Position numbers and translations under genes: made by a program
Assembly (NCBI RefSeq): GCF_009914755.1
Contig: NC_060941.1
From: the human T2T-CHM13v2.0 reference genome, Homo sapiens
Direction: 5' to 3' (one strand)
DNA: 64,000 bases
Notes under the pieces: model-generated
Seen by the model: only the letters and a program-made list of their open reading frames with translations
Databases searched by the model: none
What the model was told of the DNA's origin: nothing
Shown here: piece after piece, positions 1-12,745 of the stretch
Numbering within the stretch: position 1 is the stretch's first letter
Layout: the number at the start of each line of letters is the position of its first letter

Positions 1-12
1 ACACATAAAAAG

Positions 13-326
13 GGCCAGGCACGGTGGCTCACGCCTGTAATCCCAGCAGTTAGGGAGGCCGAGGTGGGCAGATCACAAGGTCAGGAGTTCGAGACCAGCC
101 TGACCAATATGGTGAAACCTTGTCTCTACTAAAAATACAAAAATTAGCCAGGCGTGGTGGTGCGCACCTGTAGTCCCGGCTACTCGGGAGGCTGAGGCAG
201 GAAAAATGTCTTGAACCCGGGAGAGGGAGGCTGCAGTGAGTCAAGATCATGCCACTGCGCTCCAGCCTGGGCGACAGAGTGAGACTCCATCTCTCAAAAA
301 AAAAAAAAAAAGAAAGAAAGAAAAAT
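13..326 (+). mobile_element. AluS SINE, full length
   Basis: GGCCAGGCACGGTGGCTCACGCC head, A-rich linker and A tail; TSD ACATAAAAAG at 3-12 and 327-336. Confidence 0.97.
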
Positions 327-1147
327 ACATAAAAAGAAAAGATCACAGACATAGTCATCTTTCCTCCAAAACTTAAATGTCTTCTCCCTCCACTTCTCCT
401 AATGAACCACACCACCACTTTCACCACGACATCAGAAATGGGCAAAGCATTCTTACCCCATCCCACCTCCCTCATTCTCCGCATCAAGGTAGTCCCCAAT
501 TTCTGTTAGCTCCATCACACCACGAAGTGAGCCCACCTGACTCACATTGCCCCCCATTTTCATGCACACTCATCTTTTCTTGCAAGGATCCCTTAAATTA
601 CCTCCTGATTGGCCTCTCTGTCTCCAACATCACACACCTTCAACAGTTAAATCCACAATGCTGCAAAGCAATCTTTCTAAATCTGAAGTGCTACCCTGCT
701 GCTTAAACTCTGAAGTGACATGCCTCGTTGCTTTCCCAATCTCCACCTCATCCATTCCCCACTGGAGCAGCTATGGGTTTATGCGGGGTCGACCACTCCT
801 CTTGATCATGATGGACAAGATTCCAGACCTGAGACCATCAACATATGGAATTCCCTATCCATGATTTAGAGTTAGCATGGAACCCAGTTGGTCTAATCAG
901 GATGACAGGGTGATCTCAGGATGTTTGTTGGATCATTAAGAGAAAAACTTAAACCTTCTCTTATCTCCAAACATAAATGAAAAGTAAGTGTTGGTGCCAT
1001 CTTGTAACAACCAGGCCAGTCAATCTTTTAAACCTGACGTTTCAGAAGATTCTAAAGTTCTGAGCTATTAAAATAAAAGTCATTCAGGAAAACCAGTGTG
1101 TATGTCAGGCCTTTTGAGATGTGTCTTTTCATCTTGAGTACTTCCTC

Positions 1148-1561
1148 TGTGTATACAAATACCATTGTTGGAAACTCTGTGAAGATAATAATTGCATTTT
1201 TCTCATATTACATTAGCTTGTTTCATATGAAACTGCAGTTTTTGTGGATCAAAATGGTGGAATCTTGGCATTTCATATGGTTCAACCTGATAAATGTCCA
1301 TCTCTCTGTTTATCTTCTAAGTTCCTTAAAATCAAGAAACACCTTGGTGGTACTGGAGCCTAGCAGTGTGTTTTTCTATTAGTAGTTTGATAAATGTTTG
1401 TCTAATTGAATTGAACAGAGACATTCAATATAATACTCTGCTTCTGAGATAAGGCTCTACACTTTCCACCTAAATTTTGAGGCTTCCTGCTCTGCCTCCT
1501 TCCTTGGCTGTTCCTTGTCCACAACCTGTAAGTGTAAGAATTCTCAGGGTCCTTTTATCTT
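1148..1561 (+). repeat. Local duplication pair 1, probable donor copy (includes an L2 3'-end relic at ~1340-1415)
   Basis: Colinear with 3679-4093, about 93-94% identical. Confidence 0.95.
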
Positions 1562-1639
1562 TTCACTTAAGGCAGTTTTCTGATGGTCTCATGGACTCCC
1601 ATGAATTTGTTCATCCCCCCACCCCCAACAAACAAACAC

Positions 1640-2130
1640 ACAGGCACATTCGCCACACATATGTCTTCAGTTCCAACTCCTCTCCCAAACTCGAAGCTGA
1701 ATTTTCCAATTACTTACAGGACATCCATATGTAGATGTGTAGGTATCATCTCTCTGCAGACGTCACAAAATAAAACTCATGATGTACCTATTTCCTATAC
1801 ACAGACGTTTCCTACCTATCTGATCTCCTTTCACACCCCATCTTAGTTAACAGCACTCCATCTTCCCAGTGGCACAAGCTCAAAATCTTGTCATTATCCC
1901 ACACTTAATCACTGTTCACTGTCAAATTCTGCCTCCACATCCCTTCTGTTTCTAAGTCCCTCTTCCGTCTCCCCTTCGTTACACACATTGCCAATGTCCC
2001 AGTTCACTGACAACACTCACATCCCCCATCAGCATATCCTCTATCCCATGGCAAGAGCAAACTTTCTAATATATCTATATTTTACCATACACCGTCTCTT
2101 CTCAAATATACTTACTGTTTTCTCATGGAT
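1640..2130 (+). mobile_element. L2 LINE relic
   Basis: Degenerate similarity to the L2 3' region; boundaries approximate. Confidence 0.55.
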
Positions 2131-2619
2131 GCAATGCAAACATGCAAAGTAAACATTGAGGGAAGACTGCTCAACATATAAGAGAGATCAAAATGAGGAG
2201 AAGTTACTCAGGGTAGATTGCCTGCAAGAGGTGAGCTTTGAGCCAGATTTCATAGGAGAAAAGAAATGAGAACAATCTTAACTAAACCAAGGGAAAGCAG
2301 AGATGCTGAGAATAGAATCCTTGGGGATTCCTTTCAATGCTTCAGAAATTACTTCATTTAAATCAGAAAGTGGCATTTGTCAGACTTTCCATGTAAGATG
2401 ACTGGCATTATAGCAATTATTTTTCAGAGTCTAAATATCTCCACTGAAAGTTAGAGAAACAAAGCAGAAAAAAATACTGTAAGAGTTTTGTTGTTAGCAT
2501 TTTTTTATTCTGGGACAATACTCTTGCATTGGTGATTCAAAGGAAAATAGAAACGTGGACAGTTTTACTACTAAAGAAACAGGCCCAATATTTAAGGCTT
2601 GAATCGAAAAGTTATTTTT

Positions 2620-2697
2620 GAATATTGCAAACTTAGAACGTATTCGAGTATGTGTTCCGAGTATTGCAAACTTAGAACATATTTGAGTATTCGTTCC
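2620..2697 (+). repeat. 39-bp tandem duplication (2 copies)
   Basis: GAATATTGCAAACTTAGAACGTATTCGAGTATGTGTTCC then GAGTATTGCAAACTTAGAACATATTTGAGTATTCGTTCC, 34/39 identical. Confidence 0.9.
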
Positions 2698-3560
2698 AGG
2701 AACACATTCTGATATTCTGCCAAGCAGAATCAGAACTCCCCAAGATCAAGGTGCCTAAGAGCTACTTCAAATGTTTCATAAGTAGTTGAGGCGCACATCA
2801 ATCAACTGACAAAAATCCTTAGACTTATTTATTTTGTTTCAATTTCTATATCTTCATGAGGCAGAAGAGGACAATCTGGTTTTGAAAATCTTCATACCGA
2901 AACAATGTAATACCCACATCAGCCCAATCTTACATCAACTTCCAAAGTAATTAGTACATAGAATATCAACTAGGATATTCTTTTTACTAGCACTCTTGGG
3001 AATATCAAAATAGAACACGTTTATTGTCAGAGTTATATTAACACATTTAACCCTTAAGACATTTAAGCAAAAGTCTTATGCCTTCCCACAAGCTACCAAA
3101 TTCCCAGTCTTCTTAAAGAGCTGGTGGCACTTGACCTTTAGACACTACAGCAGACAAGGGATCAGGAATACCCACATTCTGCTCACCCTCCTCATCATGC
3201 AGTTCTCACAGGGAAGCTATTCTTAAGAAAGAGTAACTAAATGAAAATATCAATAATGTTAATTATTCATCTAGCCCAGTTCATTATTATTCATCTAGCC
3301 TCAATCAAGCCCACCTGGTAAGAGTTGCACTGGTCACATGCTCAGGAAGCCTCAAGAACTAGGGGGATTTCCGGTCTCCTGCTGAATCCCCTCTCCTTGG
3401 GGAGAGAAAACAAGAGAGAGAGGTGCTGCATCACCTTCCAGGTTGTGTTTGTTCTGGGAACGCAGGATGGAATTCTGCCTGCCTCCCAAAGCCCCTGAAT
3501 CCCTGGTTCTCCTCACCCACACAGCTTATAGACCCAGCTGTGGGAGAAGAAACATCACTA

Positions 3561-3597
3561 TTAGGTTGGTGCAAAGGTAATTGCACAAAAACCGCAA
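3561..3597. mobile_element. MADE1 (Hsmar1 MITE) fragment, internally deleted and truncated
   Basis: TA followed by TTAGGTTGGTGCAAAGGTAATTGC joined to CAAAAACCGCAA; both pieces match MADE1 inverted-repeat sequence. Confidence 0.75.
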
Positions 3598-3678
3598 ACA
3601 CGTGGATGGGGACAGTGCCAGAAGATAACCCTCACGGCGACAACCTTAATGAGGTTTCACTCTGAGCACTAGCAAGTA

Positions 3679-4093
3679 TGTGTATACAAATACCATTGCT
3701 AAAAACTCTGTGAAAATAATAATTGCATTTTTCTCATATTACATTAGGTTGTTTCATATGAAACCAGTTTTTGTGGATCAAAATGGTGGAATCTTGGCAT
3801 TTCGTATGGTACAACCTGATAAATGTCCATCTCTCCATTTATCTTACAATAAGTTCCTTAAAGTCAAGAAACACTTCGGTGGTACCGGAGACTAGCAGTG
3901 TGTTTTTCTATTAGCAGTTTGATAAATATTTGTCTAATTGAATTGAATGGAGACATTCAATATAATACTCTGCTTCGGAGATAAGGCTCTACACTTTCCA
4001 CCTAAATGTTGAGGCTTCCTGCTCTGCCTCCTTCCTTGGCTATTCCTTGTCCGCAATCTGTAAGTGTAAGAATTCTCAGGGTCCTTTTATCTT
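3679..4093 (+). repeat. Local duplication pair 1, probable inserted copy
   Basis: Copy of 1148-1561 flanked by TAGCAAGTATGT (3670-3681) and TAACAAGTATGT (4093-4104). Confidence 0.95.
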
Positions 4094-4981
4094 AACAAGT
4101 ATGTCTCCATGAGTGCCTCGGATTCTGACCGATCAGATGATCATTCCCTTTCCTGGGATGGGTTGGGGCAACCAGGGCGCAGCTGAGGGCAGTGTGATAG
4201 GAACGAATGTGCCCACGGCATCCTTTTGCCCACCATTCCGTGGGATCGGTCACTATAAGTATCCAACCACCTAGGGGCGCTTGCCTGTTGGCATTTACCC
4301 TGTGTCCCTCACTCATCTGACCCTGGGGCTGCCTTCCTGTAGCAATGCTCTATTTCCCATCAGGTGGAGAGAGCTGGTTTCTGCATACTTCCATCTCCAT
4401 CTTCTGCTGCAGCAGAACCCAGCTCAGTATCTTCAAGGCACAGAGAAGGCCACCTCTTCTAGCCCCTGGTCACCACTTAAAGTGGCACTGCCCATCTTGG
4501 GAAGCCTTTGCTGGGGATGCCTCTTTTTATGACGCCTCTCATAAGAGGGGAGGGGCTTCCTATGGCACCTCTGGAAGAGGGGAAAGGCTGAGGATTTGGG
4601 ATTTTTAAAAATTTTTAATTGTAAAAGTTCATGCTTCTTGAAAGTAGAATCAGACAAGAGGGAAATGTGTAAAATAAAATGTGAAAATCTCCTTACCTAG
4701 CCGTCTCCTCTTCACACAAAAACACTGTTAAATGTCTCGTGCGCTTTCTTCCAGACCTTTCTCTAAACAGAGGAAGGGTCGTGAGGGCAGAAGGGGAGGA
4801 GGGATTGTTGCTCTTGTTCACAAACCTACTATTCTCTAACTATTGTTTACAGATATATCCCCATGTCAGTGCATAGAGATTTTTCTTGATGAAAGTATAT
4901 ATATATGCATATTTGAATTACAATATACTTGAATTATATATATTTGGATTATATTTATATATGTGTGTGAGCATAAAAATC

Positions 4982-5038
4982 TATATATAGATAGAGATAT
5001 AGATAGATAGATAGATATAGATAGATAGATAGATAGAT
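4982..5038 (+). repeat. Interrupted (GATA)n microsatellite
   Basis: AGAT repeats visible directly. Confidence 0.95.
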
Positions 5039-5214
5039 TTTAAATCATTATAGCCCTAAAGCCCTAAAAAACTTTCTGGTATATGAATATCATAATAGCA
5101 GACATTTTGAAAAATTCTTTGCAGACATAAACAATGGAAAGGTATAAAAATTAATGGAGAAATCCAAAGAGCCCGGTTTTTTCAATACAACAAATATAAC
5201 CATAAAAATGATCT

Positions 5215-5609
<395 letters not shown>

Positions 5610-6040
5610 TCACCGTAAACCAAGAGTCCAGCACTAACAGTCAGACTTTTGCCACCAAGACAAATGCAGAGAAGGGGTCCCCAGAAGGGAGGTTTGCTAA
5701 GGTTGAGGGAAGGGTCACCCAGTGAGATGCCCACAGTAGCCTGAGGTCCTTTTAGACCTCCACAACAGACATGGAGATATTTAGGGAGTTGTTTAGGGTT
5801 GAAGGGGGAAGATAGACAATGCTGCCCAGGAATGAATTAAAGACTCCTACCTCCAGGAAGGAGGTATCCTTATTATGACAATTAGCTGTCAATACTTTGC
5901 TCCGCACCCACACCCCTCAAGGGAATCCTGCCTTTTAGCAAGACTGACCCAAGTACAGAGCTGGCCATCCAGTAGCCTATTATCAAGTAACCTTCCATCT
6001 AAGTAGCCTATTATTAGCAAGGAAACATGGCCAAATGGAA

Positions 6041-6345
6041 TTTTTTTTTTTTTTTTTTTTTGGAGACAGAGTCTTTCTCCGTCACCCAGGCTGGAGTGCA
6101 GTGGCACAATCTCAGCTCACCGCTACCTCCACCTCCCAAGCTTAAGCGATTTTCATGCCCCAGCCTCCAAATAGCTAGGATTACAGGTATGCACCACCAT
6201 GCCTGGCTAATTTTTTCTATTTTTAGTAGAGACAGGGTTTCACCATGTTAGGCAGGCTGGTCTCGAACTCCTGGCCTCAAGTTGATCCACCTGCCTCAGC
6301 CTCCCAATGTGCTGGGATCACAGGTGAGAGCCACCGCACCTGGCC
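6041..6345 (-). mobile_element. Alu (older S/J type)
   Basis: Poly-T then reverse Alu; TSD CCAAATGGAA / CCAAGTGGAA. Confidence 0.96.
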
Positions 6346-7727
6346 CCAAGTGGAAATTAAAACAGCACTGTATTAGCAGTGAAGCCAGGCTCAATAATCT
6401 CCCAGGCTGCTGTCCCACCCATTGCCCCTCTGCAGGCACTCACCTTTCCAAGTCACTTTGATGGCTTCTTTCTGCGAGTTTCTACAACCTTCAGATCCAG
6501 CTTTCTCCAGCCACAGGAGTGTCCTCAACCTGTGCACAGGGCGGGCTAGAAGGACCAGGGGGTGACCCCCTACAGAAGCAGCCTGCAACCAATCATGAAT
6601 GAGCATTAGTGCCAGATGCTTCAGCTTTGCATCCATCAGGCATGAGGTGCATCTACATGCCCTGGCAGAAGTCCCGATGGGAGGGAGCACCAGTGCTCTC
6701 TGACATAGCCTGCTGTGGGCACACCTGAATTGGCTTTCTCCCCTTTCCTGCCCATTCTCACTTCCTCCACCCCTCCTGGTGCTTCCCAGATCCCCCTCCA
6801 AAATGAACCCCTTGCACTTGAATCCTTATCTCCTCATGGGGGGACAAACTTAAGACACCAGGCCTTGAAGTCTTTCCTCCTATTTGCTTTTCATCCTTTT
6901 GCAAATTTATACAGGTCAGAGAAGCAAGTATTCATCCAGGGAAGCTTATCATTTTCGGAAGTGTTTAGAAATGATAAAAAATGAATCAAAATAAATAGGA
7001 GTAAATTTTATTTTTTAAAAAGCACCTAATGATAAATATGATCCATTTAATCTTAGGAGACAAATTAATAACAAAACTTTTCTTTATAATTAAGTGATGA
7101 GGCCTTCAACGGACACACTATCAAGAAGCTCAGGATGTCCTTTTTGAGGCCTCCTCCTGCTCTCCAAACTCTTCATGATTGTGCAAAAACGCCGAGCAGA
7201 GAGAGAAATGGAAATTGTGACCAGTCTCCTAAGACGTCCCAGGTTGGGTTTGCTATTGGTCTCATTAGTGCCACTGAAACTAGGTTTTTAAATCTTGTCT
7301 GCCTTGATGGAAGCATCCATGCCCTTGGTGACTCAGTTCCCAGCATCGACTTCAGGCTCAGCTTTGGGACCCATGTACCCAACCATGAGGGGCCACTCAG
7401 GTGTTGCGGGAAGAGTCACAAGCATCATCCAAGAAGACTGTCTGCAGTTGCCCAGGCCAAGGTGAAACTGGAAGCATCTTTTGATAAATATACAATGTAC
7501 CATCTCACTCAGTCCCTGCTAGATAGGCCAACGAATGCTTTGAAAAACTCCTGGAAGGATAAACATCAAAATGTTTATGTTGTTGTGTCTGCATTGTGAA
7601 ATTGGGGTTAATTTTTATTTTTTCTTTCTGTTTCTATATTTTCTGAATATCTTCTGTGAAAATGTATTACTTTTGCCACCATATTTTTTCAATGCTATCA
7701 ATTTTTTTTAAAGAAATTGCCACTGGT

Positions 7728-7920
7728 GTTCACTCAGTCATTTAACAAATATGTGCCAGGCATATCCTAGGCACTAAGAATGCATAAATGAACACATAAA
7801 ACACCTCCTTTCATGGGTGTTACACACTAGTGAGGGAAACAGATGTTACATAAGTCAGCAAATATGTACAGAATATAAAGTCAGGTCTCGGTGAATGTTG
7901 GAGGAACAGCAAAGCAGGAC
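7728..7920 (-). mobile_element. L2 3' end relic
   Basis: TTCACTCAGTCATTTAACAAATAT...GTGCCAGGC...CTAGGCACT, typical antisense L2 terminus. Confidence 0.65.
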
Positions 7921-7960
7921 GAGCCATAGGTGACCCAGGTAGATCATGTGCAAATGGAAC

Positions 7961-8337
7961 CTATCTCAGTTCAAGCTGCTATTACAAAGTAAAACAGATG
8001 GGTGGATTATAAACAGTAGAAACTTATATCTCACAATTCTGGGGGCTGGAAGTCTAAGGTCAGTCTAAGGTACAGGCATGGTCAGGTTCCATGAGGGTTC
8101 TCTCCCTAGTTTCCAGATGGCTGACTTCTTATATCCTCACTTGGTGGAAAGAGGGCGAGAGAGGGATCTCTCCAGGATCTCTTTTATGAGGGCACTAATC
8201 CCGTTTATGAGGGCTCCACTGTCATGACCTAATCACCTCCCAAAGGCCCCACATCACAATACCATTATATTGAGGGTTAGGATTTCAACATATGAGTTTG
8301 CGTGGGAGCAGGAGGAAGAGTATACATTCAGTCCATA
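7961..8337 (-). mobile_element. MLT1A0-like MaLR solo LTR
   Basis: CTCACAATTCTGGGGGCTGGAAGTC...GGCACTAATCCC...ATGACCTAATCACCTCCCAAAGGCCCCAC...ACATTCAGTCCATA. Confidence 0.88.
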
Positions 8338-9684
8338 AATGAGAAACCATCCAGAAATTATCCATTACAAAGGAGTTACTGTATCCTTCATTTTTTGCAT
8401 GAAAATTATACAAACTGTTGGAAAACAATTCATCTTTATCTTGCATTTCAGATTAAAATTGTACTATTTACCTTCTATATAAAATGATCTAAAACAAGAT
8501 CAATTTATCTGTTAGAAGTAACTTTAAAAGTTTTTTTAAACTAAATTCAGGTTTTATATGTGTCATCTTTCCCAGTTCTGTTGATTTTTCCCTCTTTACT
8601 CACTCTCTGGACTTCTACTTTTCAAAACCACCTACAAATGCCCCTCCACTGTATAGCAACAGGCTCCACAATCAGTGCAAAATGCCATGATCACCGTGAC
8701 TTGCCCAGCCACCCACCTTCATTCTTCACAGCCTAAGAGTCAAGGAAGTGATGAGTCACCCTTCATCATGAATGCCTCGGCTAGGTAGGCCCGCACAGGC
8801 TTCAGTGTTTAGGACCCAGAGTTATCCCTTTACAGCATGTTGAGGAAGAGTTGCTGAAGTTCATCTGCCTTTTGCAGCCTGCACACCACTGTTGAATGTT
8901 ATTTCATGAAAGAAGGATACCCAAAACTCACCAAGCCATAAGAATTCACAACCGCATTTACCCCCATCCTTTGGAAACGGCGGGATCAATTATTTTCTTT
9001 CTAAGTCCTCTTGGCCATTTCCAAATGAATGTAGGGTGTCCCAGGGGTTCCCTTGTGGGCCCATTCAGTGTGGCCAAGAGCCCCACAGTCCGCACGTACA
9101 CAACAGTTCTCAGTGATGCTGCAGAGCAGGACAAAGAAGGACAGAGCTAGGTAAGAAGCCAAAGAGAAAAGGCTGCCAACTGGAGAGGCTCTTAAAGAGA
9201 CACCATAGGAGATTTTAAAAATTACTGTATATAAAAGAGTTCAGGTGGTGGAACTGGAATAGTTGCTATAAAACAGTTGTTCTAAAACTCTCAAAGAAAA
9301 CACTGCTAGAATTTAACAGAAAGCTTCTGCGTTCTGCAGTTGAAAACTCTAACTGTGGCACGGGTGAAATCACTCTCATTTGGCCTGGAGAAGTGGGTGT
9401 GGAAAATGGCACCCCGAGGCAATCAAAGAGACAGACTTGTGTTTCCTCTGCTGAGTCAAAGAAAAGCTGAGCACTGAGGATGGCCAGGCTTCACATAGCC
9501 AAAGCCCAGAGCCAGGAGGATAAAAGACTTTTGAGCAAACACATGCCACCAAGTCCATGCACTGAATCTGGACCCATTTATTCTTGAGTGCCCTACTTAT
9601 TTTTTTAATTCTTAATAAGATTGATTATCTGGTGTTTTGACCCATATAGTAGATTACAAGAGGCGAATAAGAAAATGGGTCGGG

Positions 9685-10460
<776 letters not shown>

Positions 10461-10659
10461 AAAACAGTGCAAGTTTACTAGAAGCAAAATAGCCTAATTC
10501 CTTCACCCACTTCTAAGATACCACAGAAACCGATATTCATAATGAAGGCTTCGGAGAGTCAATAGTAAAGGCACTTGCATTGGGTATTCTCAGGGAATGA
10601 AGCGGTGGGGGTGTGTTTTAGACAAATTCCCATCAAAAATGGTCAAGTGGAGAGAGTTA

Positions 10660-10828
10660 ACTCCAAAGGGCCACAAAGGAATTTTGGGGTTGATGGAGAT
10701 GATTTATATAATGATTGGGAAGTGGTTGCACAGATGTATATATTTGTCAATTCTCCAAACTCTATACTAATGGAGGTGTGTCTTATTGCATGCCAATTAC
10801 TTCAATGAAATTGATTTAAAAGTAAAAA
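10660..10828 (+). mobile_element. Old L1M 3'-terminal fragment
   Basis: TTTTGGGGTTGATGGA...ATATTTGTCAA...TATTGCATGCCAATTACTTCAATGAAATTGATTTAAAA. Confidence 0.65.
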
Positions 10829-11713
10829 TAAGGTTCAAGTTAAAATTTGGCACTTACAAGGCAGAAGTCAGCTAGCTGAGACTCCACTAATACACACAAT
10901 GGCCTAGTTCCTTGGTGATAAGGCCGTTAGATTAATTCAGGAGCACACATTATGCCTGCACTGTGCTGAGTCCTGAGAATACGAACATCTTGGAAATAGC
11001 ATCTCTCTCTTGGAAAGGCCCATAGTTTGATGAATTTAGTGGCTAAAAGATGCACTAATTTTCTTAAAACCTCAACACACATTAGAATGGGGTGTTGAAA
11101 AAGTTAGGGTCCAGAGAGCCCCTCTGACATGGGTATATTGTTCCTTGCCTCTTCTCTCAGGTTTTGCTCACCTACACAATTTTCTGCATTTGGAATAAAG
11201 CCCACTTTTTCCAGCATCATTTTAAAGAGGAACCATTACCACCCTCGACTGAGAACAATCCCAAGGGAGTTGGCAGAGTGGATTTTCCTCTTGATTTCTG
11301 AGCAATAAACGGGACTTGACACAAGCTGTCAGAATCTAGTAGCTCTAAAACTACCTACTGGGTGAGGGAGGAGACACAGCACTGAAACATTAGGCTGCAA
11401 TCCCCCTGACCCAGGACAAAGGGTCCCAACACTCAGTCATCTGGGACTGTCTGAAAACCTATCAAAGGTTACTAATATAAAAATAGAAACAGATTAGATG
11501 GCTGAAGAGTGTCTTAGCCAGAACCAGGCTTGCAGCAAGGTTTTATACATATTTGTTGAAAGAATGAATAAAATACCAAGCTTTTGTTCTTATGACTGCT
11601 TTATAATACAGTGGGGCTGTAAGGCTAAGACTGGCAAAAAGGAAGAGGTGAAGCAATTCAATCCCTAAATTTAGCTGAGTGCTGTTACACCTGCACCTTG
11701 CGCTTCCTCTCTG

Positions 11714-11936
11714 CCCAATCCCCACCCCTCAGCCTAATCCCCGCCCCCTCAGCCTAATCCCCGCCCCCTCAGCCTAATCTCCCCACCCTCAGCCTAATCC
11801 CCACCCTCACCCCAATCCCCTCCCACTCAGCCTAATCCCCACCCCTCAGCTTAATCCCCACCCCCTCTGCCCAACCTAGTACCCCTCAGCCTAATCCCCA
11901 CCCCCTCAGCCTAATCCCACCTCCTCAACCTCATCC
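11714..11936 (+). repeat. C-rich minisatellite, ~19-20 bp unit (CCCCTCAGCCTAATCCCCAC), ~11 copies
   Basis: Tandem degenerate units visible directly. Confidence 0.95.
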
Positions 11937-12099
11937 TGATTCCAAAAGGTTTACAGGCTCAATCAGAGGATGCCTGGAAGTTTCTGTGTGTCTTGGGAGC
12001 TGTAGCCCCAAGTGTAACCCCTTCCCAGTGCTTCCCTTGGCCTGTTATGTACTGGCAGCATGTCAGTCATCACCCCAGAAGGAAACAGCATCTAACTCA

Positions 12100-12745
12100 G
12101 ATTGTAATTCTCTTAAGGGGAGGGATGACACACAGAACTGTGGGCACATTTAAGGGAAACAGTGAGGGATGGTGAGGCGCCCAGAGACTAGCAACATGGG
12201 AGGCCATTGCAATCCCCTGGCCTAGGGTCACCAGATGCAAATAAAAATGCAGAACACCAGTTAAATTTGAATTTCAGATAAACAGCAAATAATTTTTTAG
12301 TACAAGTATGTCCCAAATATTGCACTTATATTTACTTATACTAAAAATATTACTAGTTGCTTAACTGAAATTTAAATTTAACTGGATGTCCTATATTTTA
12401 TCGGGTAGCCATACCCAGGCCTGAGGCTACTTGGTGTTACTGGAGCCCAGTGAGAGTTGGAGCCGAGGAGGATGTCAGGGAGGCCCAGCAGGAACGGTGT
12501 TCACTGAGGTGTACAGACCAGAAACAGAGCCCACTGCAGCAAAGAGCAAGGAGAAAGATGGTACCTCTCTCTCCTCTTGCCCTCTAATCTCCTAAGGGCA
12601 TTTCCCAATGGCAGAAGGCAATTGGAAACCAGTCTACGAGACAGCCTCACGGCTATAACCCTTAGGGGTTGGTCTCCTGGAGCAAAGAGGCCAGCAGAGA
12701 AGGCAGAAAATGGATATGGAGGTTGAGGCAAACAGACTAACCAGC
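12100..12745 (-). mobile_element. LTR33-like ERVL solo LTR, interrupted by MER53
   Basis: GACTAGCAAC...CCCAATGGC...GCAGAGAAGGCAGAAAATGGATATGGAGG...CAAACAGA resembles antisense LTR33; boundaries approximate. Confidence 0.55.
12223..12413. mobile_element. MER53 palindromic MITE
   Basis: TAGGGTCACCAGA...CAGTTAAATTTGAATTTCAGATAAAC...CTGAAATTTAAATTTAACTGG...GGTAGCCATA; 8-bp TSD CCCTGGCC / CCCAGGCC. Confidence 0.9.

Noticed and set aside
50-499. 149-aa minus-strand ORF, and similar ORFs at 5221, 6027, 9761, 10164, 13288, 14200, 17477, 29280-30024, 44818, 46034 and 59865
   Set aside because: Translations of Alu sequence ([19 protein letters not shown]), not genes.
1098-3895. Similar ORFs at 1098-1382 and 3680-3895 suggesting paralogous genes
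   Set aside because: The similarity comes from the non-coding duplication, and indels break the frame between the copies.
4267-4280. CTCF site as a firm feature
   Set aside because: CCACCTAGGGGCGC mismatches the core consensus at two central positions; kept only as a remark.
7135-7599. Longest ORF in the track (154 aa)
   Set aside because: No recognisable domain or homology, no promoter or exon context, and a length compatible with chance in 64 kb. BLASTp, PhyloCSF or Ribo-seq would be needed to revive it.
11714-11936. Possible CRISPR array or interstitial telomere repeat
   Set aside because: There are no unique spacers, the context is eukaryotic, and the unit is ~20 bp rather than (CCCTAA)n.
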